Source: Planctomycetota bacterium (GTDB taxonomy: Bacteria; Planctomycetota; UBA1135; UBA2386). From it: a DNA stretch of 64,000 nucleotides. The translations under genes and the position numbers were made by a program. The notes beneath the pieces were generated by a model. That model saw nothing but the letters and a program-made list of their open reading frames with translations. It made no database searches and had not been told where the DNA came from. Every line of letters starts with the position of its first letter. The stretch's first letter is position 1. The stretch covers positions 229,683 through 293,682 of the forward strand of contig CANMWZ010000002.1 of the NCBI GenBank assembly GCA_947501605.1, given 5' to 3'. Positions 39,586-49,249 of this stretch are shown in pieces.

Positions 39586-41628
39586 GTGCCTACCACCCCC
39601 ACGAACCCGTTCTCGCAACCAAGTCCCTTGCCGTTGCTGGCCCCGGATTTCGCCAACATCCGCGATGCGCACTTCGAGCCGGCTTTGCAACAGGGGATGG
39701 CCGAGCAACGCGCGGAGGTGCTGGCGATCGCCACGAACGAGGACGCACCGACGTTTGCCAACACGGTCGTGGCAATGGAGCGCAGCGGGGCGCTGCTGAC
39801 TCGCGTCAGCAAAGTGTTCTTCAACTTGACGGAGTCGACGACCAACGAGCGCCTCCAGAAAGTGCAAGCAACCGTCGCCCCACTTCTCGCGCGCCATTCG
39901 GATGCCATTCGGCTCGACCCACGTCTGTTCGCCAGGATCGAGGCGGTCTATGCCGCGCGCCAGTCGCTGTCCCACGAGGAGCAACGCCTCGTCGAGCGCT
40001 ACCGCACCGAGTTCGTGCGCGCCGGCGCCCGCCTTGGCCACAAGGCACAGGAACGGCTTCGTGCCTGCAACGAGCGACTGTCGTCGCTGACGACGACGTT
40101 CCAGGAGCACTTGTTGGCGGACACCAGAGCCAGTGCCGTCGTGGTCGAGACCATGGCCGAGTTGAAGGGCCTCGACACGAGCGCGATCTCCGCCGCCGCC
40201 GATGCCGCGAAGGCGGCCGGACTTCCCGGCAAGTTCTTGCTGACCCTGCAACTGCCGACCTCGCAAAGCGTGATGTCGTCGTTGCACCACCGACCGACTC
40301 GCGAGCGGGTCTTCCGCGCGTCGATGGCGCGCTGCAGTCGCGGCGGCGACCACGACACCCGAGCCTTGGTGCTCGAGATCGCGCGACTCCGCGCCGAACG
40401 CGCGCGCCTTCTGGGCTACGAGACCCACGCGGCGTACGTGCTCGAGGACCAAATGGCGGGGACGCCTGCCGCCGCCAGCCAGATGCTGTCGAGCATGGCT
40501 GCGACCATTGTCACGAAGGCGACTGCCGACGCCGCCATGCTGCGTGGACACTTCGCGAAGACCTCGCCCGGCCAATCGCTCGAACCGTGGGACTGGGCAT
40601 TCGTGCAGGAGCAGGTGCGCAAGGAGCATTTCGATCTCGACGAGAGCGAAGTCCGCAACTACTTCGACCTCGACCGCGTCGTGCACGACGGACTCTTCTT
40701 CGTCGCCAAGCAACTCTACGGCGTGACCATGCACCGGCGGACGGACCTACCGGTCTACCACGACGACGTTCGCGTCTACGAAGTGCGCGACGAGAACGGG
40801 ACGACGCTCGGCCTGTTCTACGCCGACTACTACGCGCGCCCCGAAAAGCGCGGCGGTGCGTGGATGGACTCGTTCGTCGATCAAAGCCGCCTGCTCGCGC
40901 AGAAGCCGGTAGTGCTCAACGTGATGAACGTGCCAAAGCCCGGTGCCGGACAGCCGACGCTCCTCAGCTCGGACGAAGTCACGACGCTGTTCCACGAGTT
41001 CGGCCACGGCGTCCACGGTCTGTTCAGCGACGTCCAGTTTCCGCTGTTGTCCGGCACCAACGTCCCGCGCGACTTCGTGGAGTTTCCATCGCAGTTCCAC
41101 GAGGACTTCGCCTTCGATCCCGCGGTGTTGGCCCGCTGCGCGGTGCACTGGCAGACCAACGAACCGATGCCAGCGGAGCTGATGGCGAAGATCCGCCGCT
41201 CACGCGCATTCGGCCAGGGCTTTGCTTCGCTGGAGTACGTAGCGGCGGCGTTGCTCGACCTCGCTTGGCACACGATCGAAGCAGACCGCGTGATCGACGA
41301 CGTGTTGGAGTTTGAACAGCAGGCACTGCTGCGCAGCAACGTCGCCCACGCACTCGTGCCGCCGCGCTACCGCTCGCCGTACTTCGCCCACATCTGGTCC
41401 GGTGGCTACTCGGCCGGCTACTACGCCTACCTGTGGAGCGAAGCCCTGGCCGCCGACGCGTTCGCGAAGGCCATGGACGATGGCGGCATCACCGCGGCGA
41501 ATGGCGCACGCTACCGCGACTGCGTGCTGAGTCGCGGCTTCACACTGGCGCCGATGGCCATGTTTCGCGAGTTCCAGGGACGAGAACTCGAGACCCATGC
41601 CTTGCTGGTCCGACGAGGGCTCAGGTAG
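39586..41628 (+). CDS. dcp: M3 family peptidyl-dipeptidase
   Basis: KRGGAWM, TLFHEFGHGVH, RDFVEFPSQ, PRY...YF.HI..GGYSAGYYAY.WSE; AGGAG SD. Confidence 0.93.
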   Translation: MPTTPTNPFSQPSPLPLLAPDFANIRDAHFEPALQQGMAEQRAEVLAIATNEDAPTFANTVVAMERSGALLTRVSKVFFNLTESTTNERLQKVQATVAPLLARHSDAIRLDPRLFARIEAVYAARQSLSHEEQRLVERYRTEFVRAGARLGHKAQERLRACNERLSSLTTTFQEHLLADTRASAVVVETMAELKGLDTSAISAAADAAKAAGLPGKFLLTLQLPTSQSVMSSLHHRPTRERVFRASMARCSRGGDHDTRALVLEIARLRAERARLLGYETHAAYVLEDQMAGTPAAASQMLSSMAATIVTKATADAAMLRGHFAKTSPGQSLEPWDWAFVQEQVRKEHFDLDESEVRNYFDLDRVVHDGLFFVAKQLYGVTMHRRTDLPVYHDDVRVYEVRDENGTTLGLFYADYYARPEKRGGAWMDSFVDQSRLLAQKPVVLNVMNVPKPGAGQPTLLSSDEVTTLFHEFGHGVHGLFSDVQFPLLSGTNVPRDFVEFPSQFHEDFAFDPAVLARCAVHWQTNEPMPAELMAKIRRSRAFGQGFASLEYVAAALLDLAWHTIEADRVIDDVLEFEQQALLRSNVAHALVPPRYRSPYFAHIWSGGYSAGYYAYLWSEALAADAFAKAMDDGGITAANGARYRDCVLSRGFTLAPMAMFREFQGRELETHALLVRRGLR

Positions 41629-42584
41629 TGGCTGCCGGCAACGACGAACTGGGCCGCCGCGAATTGGGCCAGACCGGCCTCAACGTGTCGGTGCTCAGCC
41701 TCGGTACCGCGGGGCTCGGCGGCGTCTACGGCAACACCGACGAGCGCACCGGCGTCGCGACCGCACTGCGCGCATTCGACCTCGGGATCACCACCTTCGA
41801 CAGCTCGCCCTACTACGGCAACACCCGTAGCGAGACCGTTCTCGGCAAGGCGCTCGCGCAACTGCCGCGCGAGGACGTCGTGGTGATGACGAAGTGCGGA
41901 CGCTACGGCGCCACGGACTTCGACTTCTCGCCGGCGCGCATCAAGAGCAGCGTCGACGAGAGCCTGCAACGACTGCAGATCGAGACTCTTGATGTCCTGT
42001 TCGTGCACGACATCGAGTTCGGCGACCTCGATCGCATCCTCGACGAGAGTGTCGCGACCCTCCACGAGTTGAAGGCCTGCGGCAAGGCACGGGCGGTCGG
42101 CATCACCGGCCTGCCTCTGCACGTCTTCCACACGGCGATGGACCGCGGCGTGCAACTCGACGCCATCCTGTCGTACTGCCACGGCACGCTGTTCGATGAC
42201 TCGCTGCAGACACTGCTGCCGCGGTGCCACGAGCGCCGCATCGGCGTAGTGAACGGTTCGCCGGCGGCCATGGGACTGTTGTCGAGCCGCGGGCCGCAGT
42301 CGTGGCATCCGGCCGATGCCGAGATCCAGGGCCTCTGCGCCCAGGCGGCGCAGCACGCGGCGTCACGCGGCGCCGAGCTGGCGACGCTGGCACTGCAGTT
42401 CGCGTGCGACTTGCCTGGAGTCGCGACCACACTCTGTGGGGCGACGACGCCAGCAGAACTCGAGCACAGCGTGCGGGCGGTGGCGACTCCCCTCGATCGC
42501 ACTCTGCTGGCCGAGGTGGAGTCGATCCTGCAGCCGATTCGCGGTCGGACTTGGCTGCAGGGGCGGCCGGAGAACAACGGCTGA
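41628..42584 (+). CDS. Aldo/keto reductase (L-galactose/L-fucose dehydrogenase-like)
   Basis: LG.TGL.VS.L.LG, FDSSPYYG, TKCGRY, HDIEF, GKAR..GITG.PL. Confidence 0.9.
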   Translation: MAAGNDELGRRELGQTGLNVSVLSLGTAGLGGVYGNTDERTGVATALRAFDLGITTFDSSPYYGNTRSETVLGKALAQLPREDVVVMTKCGRYGATDFDFSPARIKSSVDESLQRLQIETLDVLFVHDIEFGDLDRILDESVATLHELKACGKARAVGITGLPLHVFHTAMDRGVQLDAILSYCHGTLFDDSLQTLLPRCHERRIGVVNGSPAAMGLLSSRGPQSWHPADAEIQGLCAQAAQHAASRGAELATLALQFACDLPGVATTLCGATTPAELEHSVRAVATPLDRTLLAEVESILQPIRGRTWLQGRPENNG

Positions 42585-42595
42585 GCCGGGCCGGC

Positions 42596-43903
42596 TCAGC
42601 GCGGGACGATGCACATGCTGCAACCGGGAGACAGGCGACCGAGATTGTAGGCCTCGAGCTGCAACGCCAACTGCGTCATCGCTTGACCATTGGTCGTCGT
42701 CGTACGCACACCCAACGGGATCGCACCCGAATAGGTGCAAAGCAGTGTGTCGGCCTGCTGGATCGCACCCGCGATCGCCGGCCAACTGTTGGTGAAGGCC
42801 GCGACATTCAGCTTTGCCGCGATCAGCTGGTAGGCGAGGGCGACGCTGGCATCGCCGCGGACCGGCCTACGGAGAATGGCCAGCAACTGCGCCTGTGTGT
42901 AGGTGCGGCAACCCATCGTCAGCGACGTGACTGGCCAAGCCGAGGCGTGGTTCTTCCAGTAGCCTTGCGAGTGTGGGCACGCTGGTGGCGCACCGAGACC
43001 ACACTCTGGGGCAACGTCGTCGAGGAACGTGTCGAGGAAGGGCAGACCGACGAAGTCCGGGGCGCTGATGTCGCCGGAAGTCGTGATGTCGGCGAACACC
43101 AGGTAGCCCGTGTTGCTGGCGACGTAGATGTGGCCATCGCCATCCGACGTGCCCTGGTCCATATTGATGAACTTGCCAATGGGCGACAGGTCGAGCTTCG
43201 CCACCACGGTCTCGCTGACCGGATCGAACTGCGCGATGGTGCTGTTGGCAAACACCATGATGTCCTGCGTGTAGCAGTCGTAGGCGGCGCCATGGGACCA
43301 CGGCACGTCGCTGTAGAGACGCGTCGTCGTGAACGTGTTGAGGTCGATGCGACCGAAGTTGCCATTGCCGGTCGGCAAGCTGGCGGTGTAGTAGGCGTTG
43401 CCGTTGGCGAAGACGATGTGCGTGATCAGCGTGTCATCGCCGGTCAACGGGTGCTGCGTACCGTTCGCGAACGGATTGAGCGGCACAGACGCCAGCGACC
43501 CTAGGTTGCCGCTGGTCCAGACCTTGGTGCCACTCGGATCGAGCATGACGTGGAACGCCAGCGCGCCGCCGGCCGTGACCCCGGTGAAGGCCGGACCAGG
43601 CATAGCGACCTTGTAGACCGCATCCGCTTGTCCACCGACGATCAAGTCGCCATCGGGTGCAAACAATACACCGTCAGCGCCCGGCGTATGCGTCACCGGG
43701 ATCGGTGCACTGAGTGTCACGGTGCCGAGGCCGGCGTTGTACGTGAGCTCAGCCTGGTTGACGTTCGGCGACCCGAGGAAGCGCGTGTAGGTCAGCGTCT
43801 TCGTGAACGTCTGCGCCGTGGCGGACGCCGAAGAGAGCAGGGCGATCACCACGGCACCGAAGGCCGTGGCGGTGGAGAAGAACGAGGGAACCAAGCGAAG
43901 CAT
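42596..43903 (-). CDS. Secreted beta-propeller protein with C-terminal GYWKNH...QLIAAKLN helical domain (paralogue A)
   Basis: Signal peptide (..ASATAQ); blade-like repeats (ADGVLFAPDGDL, FHVMLDPSG, SHGAAYD, MDQGTSDGDGHIYV); SQGYWKNH, LAYQLIAAKLN. Confidence 0.75.
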   Translation of the reverse strand: MLRLVPSFFSTATAFGAVVIALLSSASATAQTFTKTLTYTRFLGSPNVNQAELTYNAGLGTVTLSAPIPVTHTPGADGVLFAPDGDLIVGGQADAVYKVAMPGPAFTGVTAGGALAFHVMLDPSGTKVWTSGNLGSLASVPLNPFANGTQHPLTGDDTLITHIVFANGNAYYTASLPTGNGNFGRIDLNTFTTTRLYSDVPWSHGAAYDCYTQDIMVFANSTIAQFDPVSETVVAKLDLSPIGKFINMDQGTSDGDGHIYVASNTGYLVFADITTSGDISAPDFVGLPFLDTFLDDVAPECGLGAPPACPHSQGYWKNHASAWPVTSLTMGCRTYTQAQLLAILRRPVRGDASVALAYQLIAAKLNVAAFTNSWPAIAGAIQQADTLLCTYSGAIPLGVRTTTTNGQAMTQLALQLEAYNLGRLSPGCSMCIVPR

Positions 43904-44162
43904 GACAGATCCTCCTCAACGATCGCGGGCACAGGGACCGCTTTGCAGGACGGTCCACCCCGCACCGCATGAATGGCGCGAGCGTCGATTGCAAGGGAGG
44001 TTCACACACTGGCTTTGTCGAAGCAAGCTCCTGACCTCGCCAGCGCGCGATCTTCATAAGCCCGACAGCATCCAATCCGTAGAAATGGCGCAGGCCCAGC
44101 GAACGCCCCCACCAGGGATCGAGCGCTGGGCCCGGCTTCTGTCACAGGGCAGCTGCCGCGAA

Positions 44163-45578
44163 TCAGCGACCGCTCTTGCCGCTCTTGCCGCCGCGATCGT
44201 CGCAGTCCTTGCCGCCCTTGCCGCCCTTGCCGTCGTGGTCGTCGCCGCGAGGTCCAGGCGAACCCGGTTTGCAACCGCCAGTCGATCCACCGCCGCAGTT
44301 CGGCGACATCGCGCCGAGGTTGAACCGCTCGAGCTGCGCCGCAAGCTGGGACATGGCCACACCAGCTGGCGAGGAGCTACGGATACACAGCGGCAGCGAG
44401 CGCGAGTAGCCGCGGAGCAGCGTGTCTGCCTGTTGGATCAGAGGCAGGACGAGAGGCCAGTTGTTGGCGTTGTTGGCGTAGTTGAGCTTGGCCGCGATCA
44501 GTTGGTAGGCCAGGATCAGGCTCGCATCGCCACGAACGGCAGTGTTCATCAGCGCCAAGAGCTGCACCTTCGAGTAGCTGCGGCAGCCCAGCATCAGGGA
44601 GTCGACCGGCCAGTTCCTGCCGTGCGTCTTCCAGTAACCCTGGGATAGCGGGCAGCTCGGCGGCGCGCCGAGACCGCAATCCGGCGCGATGTCGTCGACG
44701 AAGTGGTCGAGGAATGGCGCGTCGATGAAGTCCGGGTTGCTGATGTCGCGTGACAGCGACAGGTCAACGAAGACCATGTAGCCAGTGTTGCTGGCGATGT
44801 AGAGGTGGCCCTCGCCGTCCGAGGTTCCTTGGTCCAGGTTGATGAGCAGGCCGAGGGCCGACAGATCGAGTTCCGCAACCACCGTCTGACTGATCGGATC
44901 GAACTGCGCGATGCGATCATTGGCAAAGACCATGACGTCGCCGGTGTAGCAGTCGAGCGCCGCTCCGTGCGACCAGCGCACGTTGCTGAACAACCGCGTC
45001 GTCGTGAAGGTATTCATGTCGATGCGGCCGAAGTGACCGTCGCCGCTCGGCAGACTGGCGGTGTAGAAGGCGCCGCTCGGCGTGAAGACCACGTGGGTGA
45101 TGAGCAGGTCGTCGCCCTGCAACTGCTGGAAGGTGCCGTTCGAGAACGGATACAGCGGGGTCGAGGCCAGATAGCCGTAGTTGCCCGAACTCCAGACCTT
45201 GGTGCCGCTCGGATCGAGCATCACGTGGTAGGCAAAGGTCCCACCGGCGGTGGCGCTGGTGAAGGCCGGCGTCGGATAGGCAACCTTGTAGAGGGCGTCG
45301 CCCTAGCCACCGATGATCAGGTCGCCATCCGGTGCAAACAGCAACCCGTCGGCACCAGGCGTGTGCGTGATCGCAATCGGTGTCGTGAGACTCGTTGTGC
45401 CCGCCGCCGCGTCGTAGGTCAGGGTCGCCTGCTTGATGTTGGGCGTACCGAAGAACCGCGTGTAGGTCAGCGTCCGCGAGAACGTCTGGGCCTTGACGGG
45501 TGCGGCAAACAAGAACGCGAAACCAAGGACGCCGAGAACGGTCCCGGCACAGCGCATGGACATAGGATTCGATTTCAT
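44163..45578 (-). pseudogene. Paralogue B of 42596..43903, interrupted by one in-frame TAG at 45303-45305
   Basis: ORFs 45303..45845 and 44163..45224 share one frame; GDLIIGG*GDALYKV aligns with GDLIVGGQADAVYKV of paralogue A. Confidence 0.8.
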
Positions 45579-45613
45579 GGGAACAGATTCCTGGACACCC
45601 GTGGGTGAGGCCT

Positions 45614-45634
45614 GGAAGCAATCCCTTTGCTTCC
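45614..45634. promoter_or_regulatory. Perfect 8-5-8 palindrome upstream of paralogue B
   Basis: GGAAGCAA-TCCCT-TTGCTTCC, about 35 nt upstream of ATG 45578. Confidence 0.45.
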
Positions 45635-46033
45635 TCTTCCCCGCCGCTGTTGAGCGGATGTCCCTAGAAATGCGAAGCACGCCGTGAGTGCAATGCTCCG
45701 CCTCCATCACCAGAGTAGCCCGCACTGTGAAAGGTGACGGCGAGAACTGCCGAGCGCGCCGGACGGCCCGATGGCACCGCGAGGTTGGCGCTCGAAGAAC
45801 TGCGCCGCGATCCGCGGTGCTGCGGACAACTCTCCACCTTCGCATGAGGCTCGTTCCCGCCCAAGGACACCGAGCATCCAGTGGCGCACGCGTGCTGCCG
45901 GCGCGCTTGGTATCCGGGCGACTCGGACGGAGCCGGGCTCAGGCCTGCTGCGACGCCACGATGCCGACTCTTGGTGCCAAGCAACCGAGCTCCTATGCTG
46001 CGTCCGAACTGCGAACCCTAAGGGAGGCTCCGC

Positions 46034-46732
46034 TTGTCCTCGAACCGTGCTGCCGTACTCGCTGCCTTCGCCGAGCACCGCTGCTCTGCGATCCTCCGCA
46101 CCCCACATGCCGCGGCCGTGCGCCCGGCACTCGACGCCGCGATTGCCGGTGGTTTCCGCATCGTCGAGGTCACGCTGACCACTCCGAATTGCCTCAACCA
46201 TATCGCCGCGCTGTGCGAGCAGCCGGGTCTCGTGGTCGGCGCCGGCACCGTGCTGACCGTCGAGCAAGCCAAGGAAGCGATGGCCGCCGGCGCGACCTTC
46301 TTGGTATCTCCGGTCTGCGATGCACAGCTGATCGCCTTCTGCCGGCAGCATGATCTGGTGTCCGTCCCCGGCACGTTCACTCCGAGCGAGATGATGCAGG
46401 CGCATCGAGCGGGCGCCGACCTCGTCAAGCTCTTCCCGGCGCCCAGCAACGGTCCGGCCTTCGTCAAAGCGGTTCTCGGGCCGTTGCCGTTCTTGAAGAT
46501 CTTCCCGACCAGCGGCGTGACCGAGGAGAACGCCGGCCAGTGGCTCGCCGCCGGCAGCTTTGGCCTCGGCTTCGTTGCGTCACTGTTCGAGCCACTCGAC
46601 CTGCGCAACGGCAACTTCGACGCCATCCAAACCCGCGCTGCGCGCATGATCGCCGCGGTGCGCCGCGGCATCCGCAGCGCGACGGAAGCCGATGCAGCCA
46701 CCGCGGCCACCGCGGCTGCTGCGCCTTGCTGA
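46034..46732 (+). CDS. eda: KDPG/KHG aldolase
   Basis: AILR, EVTLTTP, GAGTVL, FLVSP, PG..TP.E, VKLFPA, PTSGV; GGAGG SD before TTG. Confidence 0.9.
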   Translation: MSSNRAAVLAAFAEHRCSAILRTPHAAAVRPALDAAIAGGFRIVEVTLTTPNCLNHIAALCEQPGLVVGAGTVLTVEQAKEAMAAGATFLVSPVCDAQLIAFCRQHDLVSVPGTFTPSEMMQAHRAGADLVKLFPAPSNGPAFVKAVLGPLPFLKIFPTSGVTEENAGQWLAAGSFGLGFVASLFEPLDLRNGNFDAIQTRAARMIAAVRRGIRSATEADAATAATAAAAPC

Positions 46733-46826
46733 TTGCGGGAACGGCAACGGCCCAACCGCCAAGCCGGAGCGGAAACCGCTGCGTCCATTCCATCCACGCA
46801 GCGAGAGGCCTTGGCCTAAGCCGCCG

Positions 46827-48206
46827 TCAGCGCAAGTCGTCGGAGCGGTCCGCAGGCACCCGATACTGCTTGTGGATGCGGTCCCGCGCCTGCCGCGCGG
46901 TGCGCGCGTCCAGCATCACGGTGCCGCCGCTGCTCGTGCGCAACACGACGTCCTGCTTGCACGCGTCGACGATCGCAACCAACTCGCGCAGGTCGCGCAC
47001 CTTCGTGCCATTGGCCTCGACGATTGCATCGTGGTGGAAGTGCTCGTAGCCGACGTTGATCTCGTCAGCGAACACTTGCGACAACACGACGACCTCCTGC
47101 CGATCTTCGATGCGCTCGCCTTGGTAGTAGAAGTGCAAGAACTCCTTCGGCGCCTTCTCCCACCAGTTGTCGCCCCAGATGCGCAGGTACTCTGCCGTCA
47201 GACGCTGGAAGACCAGGCCGCCGATCGTGAACCAACTCGGGCGCCGGTCGTACTCGTAGCGCGGCACGAGGTAGGCCATCGGCTTCATCTCCATCGTCAC
47301 CGAGAGGCGTTTGCCGGCGCGCAGGACCCGGGCAGTGATGCGATCGCCGACGAAGTGCTCGCCCACGACGACATCGAACTGGCAGCGGAAGCGACCGCGG
47401 TAGCGCACGGTGCCGTTATCGGCGATGCGCATGCCGCCAAGTTCGAGCAGCACGTCGCCCTTCTGCAGTTTGCCCCACCCCGTGGCGCCAAACTGCACGG
47501 CTGTGATCATTACGCCGCTCTCGGTGCCCTTCATCGCGAGCCACCGGCGCAGTGCTGGGTTCTCCAGGTTCTGGGTGCTGATGCCGAGACCGGGCACCTG
47601 CGGCGCCTTCTTCATCTTGACGCCGTCAAGGAAGCGGTGGATCAGCGGCGCCGGCACCATCTCGCCGATGTTCTCGGCGTCCGGCAGCGACTGGAACGCG
47701 ATGCCGACGACCTTGCCGCGGTGAAACACCGGACCGCCGCTGTTGCCATCGTTGATGGCGGCATCGACGGTGACGGCGAGCAGATGGCGCTGGCTGTGCT
47801 CGTAGCGCTGGACCTCGATCCGCGACACCACGCCTTCGGTGATCGACACTTCGTCGCCGCCGACCGGGTAGCCCGCGACCGCAACCTGGTCGCGCAAACG
47901 CGGCAACTCACCGATCGAGGCCGGCCGCACGCCGCGGGTGAATGAGGCATCGTCGATCTCCAGCAGGGCGAGGTCGCTGTCGTGCGAGATGGCGGCGATT
48001 CGCGCAACGACCTTGTCGGGGTCGCTGGGCTTCTGCACTTGCAGGAACGTCGCGTTGGCGACGACGTGCGCCCCGGTCAACACGCGGTTCTTGCCGATGA
48101 TGACACCCGAACCGGTGCTCCCTCGCGGGGCAAGGCTCTGCCACGGACTCTCGTTGTCCGGATCTTGATAGGTGCAGTAGACGCGAACGACCTGCGGGTA
48201 CGACAA
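46827..48206 (-). CDS. Trypsin-like serine protease with PDZ domains (HtrA / Do-like, Deg2-type)
   Basis: GSGVII, LTGAHVV, DLALL, GYPVGG, DAAIN.GNSGGP, GGLVF..LT; start uncertain. Confidence 0.88.
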   Translation of the reverse strand: MSYPQVVRVYCTYQDPDNESPWQSLAPRGSTGSGVIIGKNRVLTGAHVVANATFLQVQKPSDPDKVVARIAAISHDSDLALLEIDDASFTRGVRPASIGELPRLRDQVAVAGYPVGGDEVSITEGVVSRIEVQRYEHSQRHLLAVTVDAAINDGNSGGPVFHRGKVVGIAFQSLPDAENIGEMVPAPLIHRFLDGVKMKKAPQVPGLGISTQNLENPALRRWLAMKGTESGVMITAVQFGATGWGKLQKGDVLLELGGMRIADNGTVRYRGRFRCQFDVVVGEHFVGDRITARVLRAGKRLSVTMEMKPMAYLVPRYEYDRRPSWFTIGGLVFQRLTAEYLRIWGDNWWEKAPKEFLHFYYQGERIEDRQEVVVLSQVFADEINVGYEHFHHDAIVEANGTKVRDLRELVAIVDACKQDVVLRTSSGGTVMLDARTARQARDRIHKQYRVPADRSDDLR

Positions 48207-48293
48207 CGGGAGCTCGAGCGGGGTTGAAGGGTGGCGCAGTGTAGGAACGCACCGAGAAATGGCCAGCGCGCCCGCGAGCAGCAACCCGCAGTG

Positions 48294-49007
48294 TCACATG
48301 GCGACGCCGAGCTCCAGGAGAGCGGCATCGACGAGAGGCTCCCAGCCGCGGTTCGCCAATGGGCTGGCGGGGCTGGGGTGTGGGATGCGGCCAAAACGCA
48401 CGCCGGGGAGGTGGCCGAGGGCACGCCGAGCCTGTGCCTCGGCGAAGGCTCCGACGCCGATCACGATCTGCGGCCGCAGCGACTCCACGGTCTGCTGCAG
48501 CAGCCGATCGCACAGCCGGTAGAGCTCGCTGGTCGCCGCTGACGGCAGCTTGTCGGGGGTCAGGTTGGCGCCACTCTCGGCGACAAAGGCCAGCGGGCAG
48601 TAGTTGTGGACGAAGAAGCGGCGGAAGAAGCGGCTTGGCGTCACGAAGCGGTGTGCTGCCCACCCCCACATCCGCTTGCCACTGACCTCACACCTTGTGC
48701 ACGAGAAGCCGAGCACTGGGCGCTGCGGATGCTCATGCACCGGCCTGCGAATCTCGCCGCGCAAGCCGAGCCAACTTCGCACCGCTTCGACCTCGCCAAA
48801 CGGCACACCGGTCTGCACCATGCCAAAGGGCCCCGGGTTCATGCCGACGAGCAGCGCTTCCTTGTGGCCGCGGCCAAACCGTTCGAGGTAGCTGCGATGA
48901 ACGTCCCAGGCGTACTCGAGCGGGTGGTAGACGCAGGCAACCGACGCCGGGAAACGGAGGTTACCAAGCGGTGCGATCAACGCGCGGGTGACAGCTTCGA
49001 GCACCAT
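48294..49007 (-). CDS. SMUG1-type (family 3) uracil-DNA glycosylase
   Basis: GMNPGPFGMVQTGVPFG, EVSGKRMWG, NYCPL, HPSPASP. Confidence 0.92.
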   Translation of the reverse strand: MVLEAVTRALIAPLGNLRFPASVACVYHPLEYAWDVHRSYLERFGRGHKEALLVGMNPGPFGMVQTGVPFGEVEAVRSWLGLRGEIRRPVHEHPQRPVLGFSCTRCEVSGKRMWGWAAHRFVTPSRFFRRFFVHNYCPLAFVAESGANLTPDKLPSAATSELYRLCDRLLQQTVESLRPQIVIGVGAFAEAQARRALGHLPGVRFGRIPHPSPASPLANRGWEPLVDAALLELGVAM

Positions 49008-49120
49008 GCGCCGCATGCTAGCGAACGGCGTCGTCAAACGGGACTTCGCGCCCCCACGCCGGTCGAGAGCGGCGCCGGATCACCGGATCGCGACGACTCG
49101 CCGACCCCTTGAGAGCCCGC

Positions 49121-49203
49121 CTACCCCCGAGTTCTGGCTACCCCGAGTTCTGGCAGGTGTTCCGCTTCTGGCAGGGGTTCCGCTTCTGCAGGGGTTCCGC
49201 AGG
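49121..49203. repeat. Two abutting imperfect tandem repeats downstream of feoB
   Basis: ctacccc(c)gagttctgg x2 followed by cagg(t/g)gttccgcttctg(g) x~2.7. Confidence 0.75.
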
Positions 49204-49249
49204 CGCCAGCGGCTGCGGCCTCGCGCGCAGGCCACTTGGGAAAGCACTT

